Below, piece by piece: positions 35,933 to 46,155 of a stretch of 64,000 nucleotides of DNA. Each line of letters starts with the position of its first letter. The stretch's first letter is position 1. Source of the stretch: an uncultured Bacteroidales bacterium. GTDB taxonomy: Bacteria; Bacteroidota; Bacteroidia; Bacteroidales; F082. The position numbers and the translations under genes were made by a program. A model generated the notes under the pieces. That model saw only the letters and a list, made by a program, of their open reading frames with translations, did no database searches and had not been told where the DNA came from. The stretch covers positions 5,035 through 69,034 of the forward strand of contig CAMHFN010000011.1 of the NCBI GenBank assembly GCA_946184615.1, in the 5' to 3' direction.

Positions 35933-37186
35933 ATGTTTTGTTTAAAAAAACATAGGGTTTTTTTGTTGTTCTTGATCCTTTTCATAGGCATTAAGGCAAA
36001 GGGGCAGGAGAATCAGTGGCTCTGGCACAACAACATCATGGTGGAAGCGCGCATGCACGCTGGCATCTTCTGGCACCATCATTTCGAGATGCAGAAGTTC
36101 AACGCTACCTATCCTGCTTTCGAAGCTTCCATTTATCAAAACACGTTTGGTCGAGACGAATGGGAGGCCATTTACGACTACCCGTATATCGGTGTTACCT
36201 TTTACCAAGCCAATTTCGGCATCAACTTCGAAAACAACCATGAAGTCGGAGAGGCTTTAGGAAGTGTATTTGCCGCATATCCTTTCATCAACTATCCTTT
36301 GGCTTCTGGCGACCATAGCCAACTGACTTTTAAGATGGGTGTCGGGGTGGGATATCTCACCAAATGTTTTGACAATCTGGAGAACTACCAGAACTTCTCC
36401 ATCGGGTCGCACCTTAACGCCGCGGCCAACCTCTCTTTTGAATACCGACAACGTTTCATGCGGCGTTTCATGGCCGTCGCTTCCTTCGGACTCACCCATT
36501 TCTCCAACGGATCCACCAAGCTTCCCAATTACGGCTTGAATACCTTCAGTGCCGCTTTGGGAGTGGCTTACTATCTCAGGGACCCACAAATCAACCTGCC
36601 CCCCAACCAACGACCGGAGCACAAGCCCTTCGAGTTCGACAACAAGCACTGGTTCTATTTCGATCTCAACTACGGTTTAGGATTTAAAAACGTGTCACAG
36701 ACCCTAGGCGGTGATTCCACTCATTATTACAACGTCCACGACCTCTCCGCCTACCTTCTTGTCCCATTCAGCCCATTCAGCAGTGCAGGAGCAGGTCTCT
36801 CACTCGTACTTGACCTATCGGACCAGACCCTGCCCGGTTATGACACCCTTCCGCTCACAAACAACCTTCAACTGACTCGTATCAACTTCGATCTGTGTTA
36901 CGCCATGACCATGAACCGACTTTCGTATTATTTTGAATTCGGTTGGCACCTAAAATACAATGACGTCCCGCTCAGCAAAGGCAATATCTACCAAAAAGTC
37001 ACTGCACGCTATCAGCTTTACAACAACATTTACGCCCAACTTGGACTCATGACCCATTTCGGCAGAGCCGATTACCTTTGCTTTGGCTTGGGCTATCGTT
37101 TCAATCAAAAATACTATCTGAACCATGAAAAAGGCACCCGTCATTATCCTCCTGGTTTTCGCAAGCGTCGCTTTTTGTTCTTGTAA
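35933..37186 (+). CDS. Outer-membrane acyloxyacyl hydrolase / lipid A deacylase (PagL-like)
   Basis: Trimmed to ATG 35933 (MFCLKKHRVFLLFLILFIGIKAKGQ). It looks like a beta-barrel with the motif GLTHFSNGSTKLPNYGLN (H-x-S-N catalytic pattern of the PagL family). Confidence 0.55.
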   Translation: MFCLKKHRVFLLFLILFIGIKAKGQENQWLWHNNIMVEARMHAGIFWHHHFEMQKFNATYPAFEASIYQNTFGRDEWEAIYDYPYIGVTFYQANFGINFENNHEVGEALGSVFAAYPFINYPLASGDHSQLTFKMGVGVGYLTKCFDNLENYQNFSIGSHLNAAANLSFEYRQRFMRRFMAVASFGLTHFSNGSTKLPNYGLNTFSAALGVAYYLRDPQINLPPNQRPEHKPFEFDNKHWFYFDLNYGLGFKNVSQTLGGDSTHYYNVHDLSAYLLVPFSPFSSAGAGLSLVLDLSDQTLPGYDTLPLTNNLQLTRINFDLCYAMTMNRLSYYFEFGWHLKYNDVPLSKGNIYQKVTARYQLYNNIYAQLGLMTHFGRADYLCFGLGYRFNQKYYLNHEKGTRHYPPGFRKRRFLFL

Positions 37187-38063
37187 CAAACTTACGGTCG
37201 GCAACATCACCGACAAGACACTGGAAATCAAAGAGTCGTTTCAAGTGGTGGAGCTTCGCGACGATATCGGCATATCGCTTATTCATTGCGATGCCAGCCA
37301 TAAAGCAGGAGACATCCATATCAAAACCGGAGAGAACCTCATTGATAACATCAACGCGAAGACAGAGCGGCATTTTGAAGTCAATGAGGATGGCGACAGC
37401 ACGCAGTTCACCAAACTCGTCATTAGCAATGACAACGCCTTCAATAATTTCAGGCCTCACAACCATGAGCCTCAGATGACTATCTATTATGACTCACTCT
37501 ACAAGATTATCTTTTATTCCAACTCATTGAACATCCACACCGACACTTTGAGAGGCTACCTTTGTTCAACCCATTTTTCCAACGACACCATCGAGTGGGA
37601 TTCTTTGGCTCCCAACCTCATCCTGGATGTTCAAGGCGGTTCGGGGAACTTCAACATTTTAGTCAATTGTTATAAATTGATGACCAAGTATATCCACGGC
37701 ACCTCCCTTTTAACCACCAAAGGCAAGGCGACGTTGGCTTCAACATACGCCGATTACGACTGCCATGGAGTCATCGACAGCAAGGAGCTGGACTCCCATA
37801 TTCATTACATCACCACGCACAGCACCAACATCATCAGAGCTCGGACCTCTTATCTTTTGGATGTGACGAACAACAACATCGGAGAAGTCCATTACCAAAA
37901 GTATTTTGCAGAAAAAAAAGAATATTTTTGGAACGACTCCCTTCACCATACCGATTCAATAGTTAGAACCATAGTTTGCCCTGAGGTCATTCACTACAAT
38001 GGTGAATACCTCGACCCCTGGACGTATGACAACGAAAAAAGTGGTTTACAGAAACTTCCGTAA
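37125..38063 (+). CDS. Lipoprotein of unknown function (possibly DUF2807/GIN-domain-like)
   Basis: MKKAPVIILLVFASVAFCSC lipobox. The sequence is beta-rich and repetitive. It overlaps the preceding gene by 62 nt. Confidence 0.5.
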   Translation: MKKAPVIILLVFASVAFCSCNKLTVGNITDKTLEIKESFQVVELRDDIGISLIHCDASHKAGDIHIKTGENLIDNINAKTERHFEVNEDGDSTQFTKLVISNDNAFNNFRPHNHEPQMTIYYDSLYKIIFYSNSLNIHTDTLRGYLCSTHFSNDTIEWDSLAPNLILDVQGGSGNFNILVNCYKLMTKYIHGTSLLTTKGKATLASTYADYDCHGVIDSKELDSHIHYITTHSTNIIRARTSYLLDVTNNNIGEVHYQKYFAEKKEYFWNDSLHHTDSIVRTIVCPEVIHYNGEYLDPWTYDNEKSGLQKLP

Positions 38064-38072
38064 ACGCTTGGA

Positions 38073-39545
38073 TTAGTAGGCTTTGGCGAAGTAGACCCGC
38101 ATCTTGGCAGGTTTTCCCGAATACACGTCGACACCATTCTCCTCCTTGACATCCAAGGGGATGAAGCGCAGGGTAGCTTTGGTTTCTTCCTTGATTTTCA
38201 ATTCCGTCTCGGTGGTGCCATCCCAGAAAGCATGTACAAAGCCGCCTTTCTCAATCTGCGCCTTGAACTCTTCCCAGGTATCGACATCATAAGTGTTTTC
38301 ATTGCGATATTTCAAGGCTTTCTGGAACAAGTTCACCTGAATCTCGTCCATCAGACCCAGCACCTTATTGACAATATCCTCATAGGAAGCAGATTCTTTC
38401 ATCATGGTGTCGCGGCGGGCCACTTCAACTGTATTGTTACTTACGTCGCGGGGACCGACTACCAGACGTACTGGCACGCCTTTGAGTTCCCACTCGTGGA
38501 ACTTGAATCCCGGCTTTTGGGTGTCACGGTCATCGAACTTGACACGAAGACCAGCCTTGACGAGTTGTTGTTTCATTTCTTCACAACGGCCAAAGGTCAG
38601 GGCTTTCTCTTCATCATTCTTATAGATAGGCACGATGACCACCTGAATCGGTGCAATTTTAGGAGGTAACACCAAACCGTCATCATCGGAGTGCGACATG
38701 ATCAAGGCACCCATCAAACGAGTGGAAACGCCCCATGAGGTAGCCCACACGTATTCGAGTTTGTTTTCTTTGTTAAGGAACTTCACATCGAAGGCCTTGG
38801 CAAAGTTTTGTCCCAAGAAGTGCGATGTGCCTGCTTGCAAGGCCTTTCCATCCTGCATCATCGCCTCGATGCAATAGGTATTGAGAGCACCGGCGAAACG
38901 CTCGTTGGCTGACTTCACTCCTTGATAAACAGGAATTGCAAGCCATTTTTCAGCAAATTCCGTATAGACACCTAACATCTTCTTGGCCTCTTCCTCTGCC
39001 TCCTCCATGGTGGCGTGAGCGGTATGCCCTTCCTGCCACAGGAACTCAGCTGTACGCAAGAAAAGGCGTGTACGCATCTCCCAACGGACCACGTTCGCCC
39101 ATTGATTGCATAGGATGGGAAGGTCACGGTAGCTTTTCACCCAGTTGCGATACGTATCCCAAATGATGGTTTCGGATGTAGGACGAACAATCAGTTCCTC
39201 TTCCAATTTGGCAGAAGGATCCACTACCACCCCATTGCCGTTCGGGTCGTTCATCAAACGGTGATGCGTCACCACAGCGCATTCTTTAGCGAAACCTTCC
39301 ACATGGTCAGCTTCACGGCTGAAGAAACTCTTGGGAATGAACAAGGGGAAATAGGCATTCACGTGACCAGTCTCCTTGAACATCTTGTCAAGTGCGTCGT
39401 GCATGAACTCCCAGATTGCATAGCCGTAGGGTTTAATCACCATGCAACCTCTCACTGCGGATTGTTCCGCTAAATCGGCCTTCACTACAAGGTCGTTGTA
39501 CCATTGCGAATAATTTTCTTTACGGGTAGTTAGTTCTTTTGCCAT
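38073..39545 (-). CDS. proS: Proline--tRNA ligase (archaeal/eukaryote-like type)
   Basis: Trimmed to ATG 39545 ([43 protein letters not shown]). Class II motifs [15 protein letters not shown] and [14 protein letters not shown] are present. Confidence 0.9.
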   Translation of the reverse strand: MAKELTTRKENYSQWYNDLVVKADLAEQSAVRGCMVIKPYGYAIWEFMHDALDKMFKETGHVNAYFPLFIPKSFFSREADHVEGFAKECAVVTHHRLMNDPNGNGVVVDPSAKLEEELIVRPTSETIIWDTYRNWVKSYRDLPILCNQWANVVRWEMRTRLFLRTAEFLWQEGHTAHATMEEAEEEAKKMLGVYTEFAEKWLAIPVYQGVKSANERFAGALNTYCIEAMMQDGKALQAGTSHFLGQNFAKAFDVKFLNKENKLEYVWATSWGVSTRLMGALIMSHSDDDGLVLPPKIAPIQVVIVPIYKNDEEKALTFGRCEEMKQQLVKAGLRVKFDDRDTQKPGFKFHEWELKGVPVRLVVGPRDVSNNTVEVARRDTMMKESASYEDIVNKVLGLMDEIQVNLFQKALKYRNENTYDVDTWEEFKAQIEKGGFVHAFWDGTTETELKIKEETKATLRFIPLDVKEENGVDVYSGKPAKMRVYFAKAY

Positions 39546-39623
39546 CTTGGTATAATATTTGTATAATATTGCTTGTTTTTTGAGAATGCAAAAATAGGAA
39601 ATTAAATCAAAATACATAACAAA

Positions 39624-40922
39624 ATGAAAGCAATTAGAATAATTACGGTAATGATGGCGGGTCTTATGGCCTTCGGATGCTCATCCAACAAGAAGATGGC
39701 GTACGATGACACCTACTATTCACCCTACAACAATCCGGGGAGGGAAACCACCAACCGCAATGGAGGTGCAACGTCGGGCATCAGCAGCAACACCAACTAC
39801 GACTACCAAGCTTATTACTCGAATAGCAAAAACTACCAGCCCAACGTTGACCCTGTGTATCAGACCACAGAGACGGTGACCGATACCAACGGCGTGGTTT
39901 ACACCACCACGGAGACGTATTATGATGAAGACTTCGCTGCCCGTGTCAAGCGTTTCGGCTCCAATGCCAGCTCCACCATGGACTATTACGATGATTATTA
40001 CACAGGAGGCAGCAGCGCAGGCAGCACCACTTACGTTTACGTGGGCGACTCATGGAATTGGGGTTTTTATCCGTACCATTATAGCTACTACTATTATCCC
40101 TACTATTACGGCTATTATGACCCATGGTATTACGACTACTATTGGTATCGTCCTTACTATTGGTATGGTTATCATTGGAGTTGGTATCATTCCTATTGGT
40201 ATCATCCTTTCTACCATCATCATCACCATCATCACCACCATCATTATGGCCATGGTGGGCACAACTACGGAGGACACAATGACTTCAGCAATTATGTAGC
40301 CAGTGTGCGCCGCAACAACTCCGCCGGTTCAACAAGCTACCGCGGTGCTCAGGGTAACGGTCCAAGAAATGCTGGTGCCTCTTCAGGCCGTGCCGCCAGC
40401 AGCGTGCGTCCGAGCACTACCACGACAAGCCGTCCGACCACTACTGCTTCACGCCCGACCACTGCATCACGGCCGACAACGACAGCCTCACGTCCGACGA
40501 CAGCCGACCGTCCTTCAACGACTGCACAACGTCCTTCAACGACTACAAGCCGTCCTTCAAGCAACACCACCTCGGCTCGCAAGACCTATACTTCACCTTC
40601 CGACAGTCGTCAGTCACGCTCCAGCTCTGAATACGTACGTCCACAGTCTTCCTCCAGCAGACCTTCCTCCAGCAACTATAACTATAGCAATTCCTCCTCA
40701 AGAAGCAGCTCTAGCGGGAGCTACAGTGGAAGTTACAACCGCAGCAGTTCTTCTTCAAGAAGCAGCTCCAGCGGAAGCTACAACCACAGCAGTTCCTCCT
40801 CAAGAAGCAGCTCCAGCAGCAGTCGCAGCAGTGGAAGCAGCTACAGTGGAGGCAGCCGCAGCAGCAGTAGCGGGAGCCATAGCAGCGGCAGCAGCGGACG
40901 CAGCAGCGGCGGAAGACGCTAA
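39624..40922 (+). CDS. Low-complexity lipoprotein: Tyr/Trp-rich block, His10 tract, (S/D/Q)RP(S/T)TT(A/T) repeats and Ser/Arg/Gly-rich tail
   Basis: Lipobox [11 protein letters not shown]. The aromatic block lies at nt 40050-40214 ([43 protein letters not shown]). His10 is at 40215-40244. The RPxTT repeats are at 40407-40559. The Ser-rich repeats ([12 protein letters not shown]...) are at 40614-40919. Confidence 0.6.
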   Translation: MKAIRIITVMMAGLMAFGCSSNKKMAYDDTYYSPYNNPGRETTNRNGGATSGISSNTNYDYQAYYSNSKNYQPNVDPVYQTTETVTDTNGVVYTTTETYYDEDFAARVKRFGSNASSTMDYYDDYYTGGSSAGSTTYVYVGDSWNWGFYPYHYSYYYYPYYYGYYDPWYYDYYWYRPYYWYGYHWSWYHSYWYHPFYHHHHHHHHHHYGHGGHNYGGHNDFSNYVASVRRNNSAGSTSYRGAQGNGPRNAGASSGRAASSVRPSTTTTSRPTTTASRPTTASRPTTTASRPTTADRPSTTAQRPSTTTSRPSSNTTSARKTYTSPSDSRQSRSSSEYVRPQSSSSRPSSSNYNYSNSSSRSSSSGSYSGSYNRSSSSSRSSSSGSYNHSSSSSRSSSSSSRSSGSSYSGGSRSSSSGSHSSGSSGRSSGGRR

Positions 40923-40953
40923 AATGGAACCATAAATTCACGATTATAATTAA

Positions 40954-40990
40954 AAAGGGCTATCTTTGCACGAAGATAGCCCTTTTGTTT
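40954..40990 (+). terminator. Rho-independent terminator whose stem contains a -7 promoter box
   Basis: 13-bp stem aaagggctatctt/aagatagcccttt with a 6-nt loop, then ttgttt. TATCTTTG (40961-40968) lies in the 5' arm, 26 nt upstream of ATG 40995. Confidence 0.65.
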
Positions 40991-40994
40991 ACCT

Positions 40995-42482
40995 ATGAAA
41001 AAAAACATTCAACTCCTTATACCTCTATTCTTTCTTTCCATTGCACTTCATGCCCAAGGTGTGTTTGATGCCGTATACAACGCACAGATCCATTACGAAG
41101 GAACCGCCCGCAGCATGGCTATGGGAGGAGCCACCGGTGCCATGGGAGGTGACCTCACCTCGGTATGTATCAACCCGGCAGGACTTGGCCTATACCGCAG
41201 TTCTGAACTCACCTTCTCCACAGGACTACAACATGTCAATACCCTCTCGAGCTATTACGACAACAACGAGAACGACTACCGACTTAGATTATCCATTCCC
41301 AACATCGGCTTTGTGATGGGCGGAGACGTCAGCAACTACAAACCTCTTCGATACTTCCTATTCAGTGTAGGACTGACCCGAACCAATGACTTCAGCTACC
41401 GCTCCACTGCTTCTGGACTTAACCCTTACAGTTCAATGGTAGACGACTACATCCAAGTAGCCAATGGGATCGACTATTTGCTAAACTCCTATACGGACCC
41501 TGGCGATTATTTCAACGAGCATTATCCCTACGACCTCAGCCCTGCATGGGAGACCTATCTCATCGACCGTTTCGTGGATTCCACAGGACATTACTTCTTT
41601 AACAGTCCCGTCCCCCAAGGCAACGTCAACCAAAAGGATGTAATGTCATGCAGAGGACGCTCTGAGGAGTGGACCATTGCCATGGCCGGAAATTACTACG
41701 ATAAACTGTATATTGGTACAAGTTTGGGACTATCACATCTGAAACGCATCAGCAATCGCACTTACCATGAGACCTCCAACGACAACAGTTTTGAGTCATG
41801 GTCTCACACCGAGGAACTTGCCGACACCGCATGGGGAGTCAACTTCAAATGCGGTGCCATCTACTACCCCACCTCCTGGCTCCGCGTTGGTGCCACTTGG
41901 CACTCCCGCACTCGAAGTGCTATCGGTGAGACATGGTCGACCGACACTGAAACACGACTCAACAACGGTTTCCACAAGTATTATTCTCCCAACCTATACC
42001 AAACCTATGATTTCCGTTCTCCCCACTCCTTCACGGGTAGCTTGGCCTTCCTCTTTCCCTCCAGAGGCATGATAACCGCCGACGTGGATTATCTAGACTA
42101 TAGCACGTCACGTTTTATAAGCAAAGAATTCAGTTTCAGTGATACCAACGATGCCATTAAGAACACCTTGAAACCCAGTCTCAACATCAGGCTAGGCATG
42201 GAGTGGCGGCTTCGACAATATTTCGTCCGATGCGGCGCAGCCTATTATGGCAGTCCCTACGGCTTCGGCGAGAACTACGGAAGCATGAAAAAGATGGCGT
42301 TGGGTTGGGGTTACATCACCGACAACGATGTGATATGCTGGGACTTCGCTTACGAACTCAGCAGAGGGATACAAGCATACACCCCTTACCAGTTTTATGT
42401 GGATGGAGAGAACATCGTCGACGACATCGTGCAGCGTCAATGGCGCAACAAGTTGGTCGTCACCATGAAAATGAAACTATAA
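40995..42482 (+). CDS. Outer-membrane beta-barrel protein, FadL/OmpP1-like fold (family uncertain)
   Basis: Signal peptide ...LSIALHAQ. The N-terminal GTARSMAMGGATGAMGGDLTSVCINPAGLG is the pattern seen in FadL/PorV-type barrels. The rest shows an alternating beta-strand pattern. Confidence 0.55.
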   Translation: MKKNIQLLIPLFFLSIALHAQGVFDAVYNAQIHYEGTARSMAMGGATGAMGGDLTSVCINPAGLGLYRSSELTFSTGLQHVNTLSSYYDNNENDYRLRLSIPNIGFVMGGDVSNYKPLRYFLFSVGLTRTNDFSYRSTASGLNPYSSMVDDYIQVANGIDYLLNSYTDPGDYFNEHYPYDLSPAWETYLIDRFVDSTGHYFFNSPVPQGNVNQKDVMSCRGRSEEWTIAMAGNYYDKLYIGTSLGLSHLKRISNRTYHETSNDNSFESWSHTEELADTAWGVNFKCGAIYYPTSWLRVGATWHSRTRSAIGETWSTDTETRLNNGFHKYYSPNLYQTYDFRSPHSFTGSLAFLFPSRGMITADVDYLDYSTSRFISKEFSFSDTNDAIKNTLKPSLNIRLGMEWRLRQYFVRCGAAYYGSPYGFGENYGSMKKMALGWGYITDNDVICWDFAYELSRGIQAYTPYQFYVDGENIVDDIVQRQWRNKLVVTMKMKL

Positions 42483-43430
42483 TTATTCCTGATAATTATC
42501 AATGATGGCTTTGTCCACCAAGATACGGCCACAATACTCACACACGATGATTTTCTTGTGTGTGCAGATGTCGAGTTGATGTTGCGGAGGGATCTTGTTG
42601 AAGCATCCGCCGCAGGCGTCACGGTTGATACCCACCACGGCAAGACCGTTACGGGCGTTTTTGCGAATACGCTTGTAAGCCACCAGCAGACGTTCTTCGA
42701 TCAAGTTCTCGCACTCAGCAGAGCGTTGCAACAGCATTTCTTCCTCTTTCTGGGTATCCTCCACGATGGACTGAAGCTCCTCTTTCTTGGCAACGAGGTC
42801 CTGCTTGCGCTCTTCGAGACGCTCCTGTGAAGCTGCAATTTTGGCATTAATTTCCTCGGTCTTTGTCGTGGCTTCTCTAATACGCTTCTCGCTCAGTTGG
42901 ATGTCAAGTTGCTGGTACTCAATCTCTTTGCTAATCGAGTCATACTCACGGTTGTTGCGGACGTTGTTTTGCTGTTCCTCGTATTTCTTAATCAAAGCTT
43001 CTGCCTCTTTGATTTTGATTTTGTAGTTAGCAATGTCCGTCGCATGTTTTTTGACTTCCTCTTGAAGCTTGGCGATACGGGTCTCCAGACCAGCAACTTC
43101 ATCCTCCAAGTCCTGAACTTCCAAAGGCAATTCGCCACGATAGGCACGGATCTTGTCGATTTTCGAATCGACTTGTTGTAAGGTATACAACGCCTCCAGT
43201 TTCTGCTCGATACTAATTTCGACCTGTTCTTCGGGGGTCAAAGCTTTTTTGGGGGCTTTTTCTACTTTAGGAGTTTCTTCTACTTTAGGTTCCTTTTCCT
43301 CTTCAACCTCTTGAACTTCCTTGGTAGCTTTTACAGACTTAGGGGCTTTTTCGGTCTTGGTAGTCTTCGTGGTTTTCGAAGCTTTTTCAGTCTTTTCCGC
43401 TTTTTCGGTCTTAGGTGTTTTTTCTGCCAT
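42483..43430 (-). CDS. COG1579-type coiled-coil zinc-ribbon protein with Lys/Glu/Thr-rich N-terminal extension
   Basis: The C-terminus ACGGCFNKIPPQ...VCEYCGRILV is a CxxC...CxxC ribbon following a long coiled coil. The N-terminal ~60 aa read KTEKAEKTEKASKTTKTTKTEKAPK... Confidence 0.7.
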   Translation of the reverse strand: MAEKTPKTEKAEKTEKASKTTKTTKTEKAPKSVKATKEVQEVEEEKEPKVEETPKVEKAPKKALTPEEQVEISIEQKLEALYTLQQVDSKIDKIRAYRGELPLEVQDLEDEVAGLETRIAKLQEEVKKHATDIANYKIKIKEAEALIKKYEEQQNNVRNNREYDSISKEIEYQQLDIQLSEKRIREATTKTEEINAKIAASQERLEERKQDLVAKKEELQSIVEDTQKEEEMLLQRSAECENLIEERLLVAYKRIRKNARNGLAVVGINRDACGGCFNKIPPQHQLDICTHKKIIVCEYCGRILVDKAIIDNYQE

Positions 43431-43447
43431 AGTATATCAATTTTATA

Positions 43448-44242
43448 TTATTTCTTGCAAAAATAATGAACCGCATTGGTATTGGTCTCAGCGATTTCGG
43501 CTGCAAAGTTAGGAATTTTTTTCTGAATTAATTCCTTAATTAATGGTTTAGTGAATTGTTCCGTTTCAAAATGTCCGCCATCGACTAACAAAATGTTGCC
43601 TTCCGGAACAAAGAAATCGTGGTATTTGATGTCGGCGGTGAGGTAAGCATCAGCTTGTTGGCGCATAGCATCGGGCATGAAAGGGGTACCTGAGCCTCCG
43701 CACAAAGCCACCTTTCGGATTACACGACCTGTCAACGCCGAATGGCGAAGGCAGGGAGATCCGATAACTTCAGCAACTCGATTCAAGAAATCCAATTCTT
43801 CCATGGGAGTTTCCAGCTCACCAATCATGCCGGCACCGCAAATTTCAGGCTCAGTTGAAGAAGGTTGCAACAGATGCAGATTCGTCAATCCCAATCTTAC
43901 GGCCAACTCACGGCTCACCCCCAAGTAACTGTTATCCAAGTTCGTATGCATGGAGAGGATGGTGATGTCGTGCTTGATGGCTTTTCGCACAATCCTTTCG
44001 ATGTAAGTATCAGACGTCAGATGTTTCAGACCATGGAAAATTAATGGATGATGACTGATAATCAGGTCGCATTTTTTTGAGATGGCCTCATCCAATAGTG
44101 CTTCTGTTACATCCAAGGCAATCAAGGCTTTATGAGTTTCCGCTTGGAGGTCGCCCACTTGAATACCCGCGTTGTCATAGTGCTCCTGCCATTTCAAGGG
44201 AGCGATTTCTGTGATACAGTTTAAGATATCGTTAACGGTCAT
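43448..44242 (-). CDS. Nif3-like dinuclear metal centre protein (YbgI/YqfO family)
   Basis: YDNAGIQVGD, DLIISHHPLIF, LSMHTNLD and a C-terminal GGHFETE are present. It is paired with the COG1579 gene. Confidence 0.8.
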   Translation of the reverse strand: MTVNDILNCITEIAPLKWQEHYDNAGIQVGDLQAETHKALIALDVTEALLDEAISKKCDLIISHHPLIFHGLKHLTSDTYIERIVRKAIKHDITILSMHTNLDNSYLGVSRELAVRLGLTNLHLLQPSSTEPEICGAGMIGELETPMEELDFLNRVAEVIGSPCLRHSALTGRVIRKVALCGGSGTPFMPDAMRQQADAYLTADIKYHDFFVPEGNILLVDGGHFETEQFTKPLIKELIQKKIPNFAAEIAETNTNAVHYFCKK

Positions 44243-44297
44243 ATTTTCCAGTTTGGGGCATCAAAATTAGAGAAAAATATCTATTTTTGACCCCAAT

Positions 44298-45347
44298 ATG
44301 AGAATTTTACTGCTACCCATCGCATTTTTCCATCATATCTTCCTGAGTATCAGGCATAAACTGTATGATTGGCACCTCCTGAAATCCAAACGGTTCGAGG
44401 TGCCGGTGATTTGCGTGGGCAATCTGGCTTTGGGCGGTACCGGAAAGACCCCTCATGTGGAATATTTGGCCGATTTGCTTTCGGAACAATATCAAGTATG
44501 TATTGTCAGCCGGGGTTATGGGCGTAAGACCAAAGGGTTTCAATTGGCCAACGGTAGTTGTTGTGCAGAGACCATCGGGGACGAGCCGATGCAATACGTC
44601 AACCAATTCAACGATGTTTTGGTTGCTGTGGATGAACGTCGCAACCGCGCCATCGAGCTGATGGACACCATGGATCGGCCACCGGAGGTTTATCTCCTTG
44701 ACGATGCATTCCAACATCGCAGTACGCAAGCAGGGGTTAACATCCTGCTCACCACCTATGACAAGCCTTATTGCAAGGACTTTCTGTTTCCCGCGGGAAC
44801 CCTTCGTGACATCAGGTCAGCTGCCAAGCGGGCCGATATCATTGTGGTCAGCAAGACGCCCAACAACCTAGATGACCTAGAAAAGGCATCCATCATTGAG
44901 CAGCTTCGTCCCCTGGCCCAACAGAAAGTGTTTTTTTCCTCACTGGTGTATGAGCCTCTGAAGGCCGTTAACACGACTGCTTCTGAACTTGAACCCAAGG
45001 AGGCCGATGCTGTACTGTTATTCTGCGGCATCGCACGTCCCAAACCCCTAATTGAGAGGATGAAAACGCAGTTCCAACATGTGGAGCACGTCACTTTCGG
45101 GGACCATCATCCTTATACCGATAGCGATGTAAAATACATCCTTGAAAAGGCTAGACAGCTTTCTGGAGAACACAAAATTGTCGTCACCACCGAAAAAGAT
45201 TTGGCACGTTTCATAAATTCTCCTTATCTTTGTCAGTTTGATGCAGTGCCGTTGTTTGTAGCACCCATCCGTATTAAAATCGATCAAGAAGAAAAGTTTA
45301 ACGAAGAAATATTGAGTTATGTACGAAAAAATGCTCACCACGGTTGA
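44298..45347 (+). CDS. lpxK: Tetraacyldisaccharide 4'-kinase
   Basis: P-loop VICVGNLALGGTGKTPHVEYL and VSRGYGRK. TATTTTTG at 44282-44289 lies only 8 nt upstream of the ATG. Confidence 0.85.
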   Translation: MRILLLPIAFFHHIFLSIRHKLYDWHLLKSKRFEVPVICVGNLALGGTGKTPHVEYLADLLSEQYQVCIVSRGYGRKTKGFQLANGSCCAETIGDEPMQYVNQFNDVLVAVDERRNRAIELMDTMDRPPEVYLLDDAFQHRSTQAGVNILLTTYDKPYCKDFLFPAGTLRDIRSAAKRADIIVVSKTPNNLDDLEKASIIEQLRPLAQQKVFFSSLVYEPLKAVNTTASELEPKEADAVLLFCGIARPKPLIERMKTQFQHVEHVTFGDHHPYTDSDVKYILEKARQLSGEHKIVVTTEKDLARFINSPYLCQFDAVPLFVAPIRIKIDQEEKFNEEILSYVRKNAHHG

Positions 45348-46155
45348 TTATATCAACATGAAAACCAACGGGTTCAAGCCTGAAGTCGGGGTCGTGTTAG
45401 GCTCCGGACTAGGCGGATTGGCCAATGGCATTGCCATAGAGTATGCCCTGCCCTATTCAGAAATCCCCAACTTCCCTGTCTCCACCGTCAAAGGTCACCA
45501 AGGGCAGTTGCTTTTTGGCACCATTGCCGGACGCAAGGTCATCGCCATGCAAGGCCGTTTTCATTACTACGAGGGCTACCCCATGGAGGTGGTCGTCTTC
45601 CCTATCCGCCTGATGATGTTGTTGGGCATCAAGTTCCTCATCCTGAGCAATGCCGCCGGCGGTCTCAACCCGAATTTCCAGGTGGGCGACATCATGATCA
45701 TTACCGACCAGATCCATGCCATGCCCAACCCGTTGATCGGACCGCATGACGACCGTTTCGGCGAGCGCTTCCCCGACATGAGCGAGCCTTACGACAAACG
45801 CTTGATCAAGTTGGCTGACGAGATTGCCATGGAGAAAAACATCTGGGTGCAGCACGGTGTGTATTGCTCCACCACGGGACCGACCTACGAGACCCCCGCG
45901 GAGTGCCGTTACTTCCGTACCATCGGCGCCGACACCATCGGTATGTCCACCACTCCCGAGGTCATCGTGGCACGTCAAGGCAAATTGCCTGTGTTTGGTT
46001 TGAGCATCGTCTCCGACATGGGTAACATCTACGGCATGAACCATCCGGTCACCATCACCCACGAGGAAGTCATCAAGGCAGTGAACGCCGTCGAACCCAA
46101 GCTCATCACCCTCATCACCGAACTCATTCGCCGCAGCGCCGAAATCCAGTTCTGA
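45319..46155 (+). CDS. Purine nucleoside phosphorylase (PNP/MTAP family, trimeric type)
   Basis: GVVLGSGLGGL, STVKGHQGQLLFG, MQGRFHYYEGY and GADTIGMSTTPEV are present. The start may be an internal Met a few codons downstream. Confidence 0.8.
   Translation: MYEKMLTTVDYINMKTNGFKPEVGVVLGSGLGGLANGIAIEYALPYSEIPNFPVSTVKGHQGQLLFGTIAGRKVIAMQGRFHYYEGYPMEVVVFPIRLMMLLGIKFLILSNAAGGLNPNFQVGDIMIITDQIHAMPNPLIGPHDDRFGERFPDMSEPYDKRLIKLADEIAMEKNIWVQHGVYCSTTGPTYETPAECRYFRTIGADTIGMSTTPEVIVARQGKLPVFGLSIVSDMGNIYGMNHPVTITHEEVIKAVNAVEPKLITLITELIRRSAEIQF

Noticed and set aside
37125-37186. 62-nt same-strand overlap between the PagL-like gene and the next lipoprotein gene
   Set aside because: The barrel probably ends functionally at ...GLGYRF, and the extra 27-aa tail looks like read-through. 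I could not distinguish a lost stop from a sequencing error, so it is not reported as a finding.
40303-40941. Alternative-frame and antisense ORFs (210 aa, 77 aa, 76 aa, 75 aa, 125 aa) across the low-complexity gene
   Set aside because: They are open only because of the repetitive codon content. The frame with a lipoprotein signal peptide (39624..40922) is the most plausible product.
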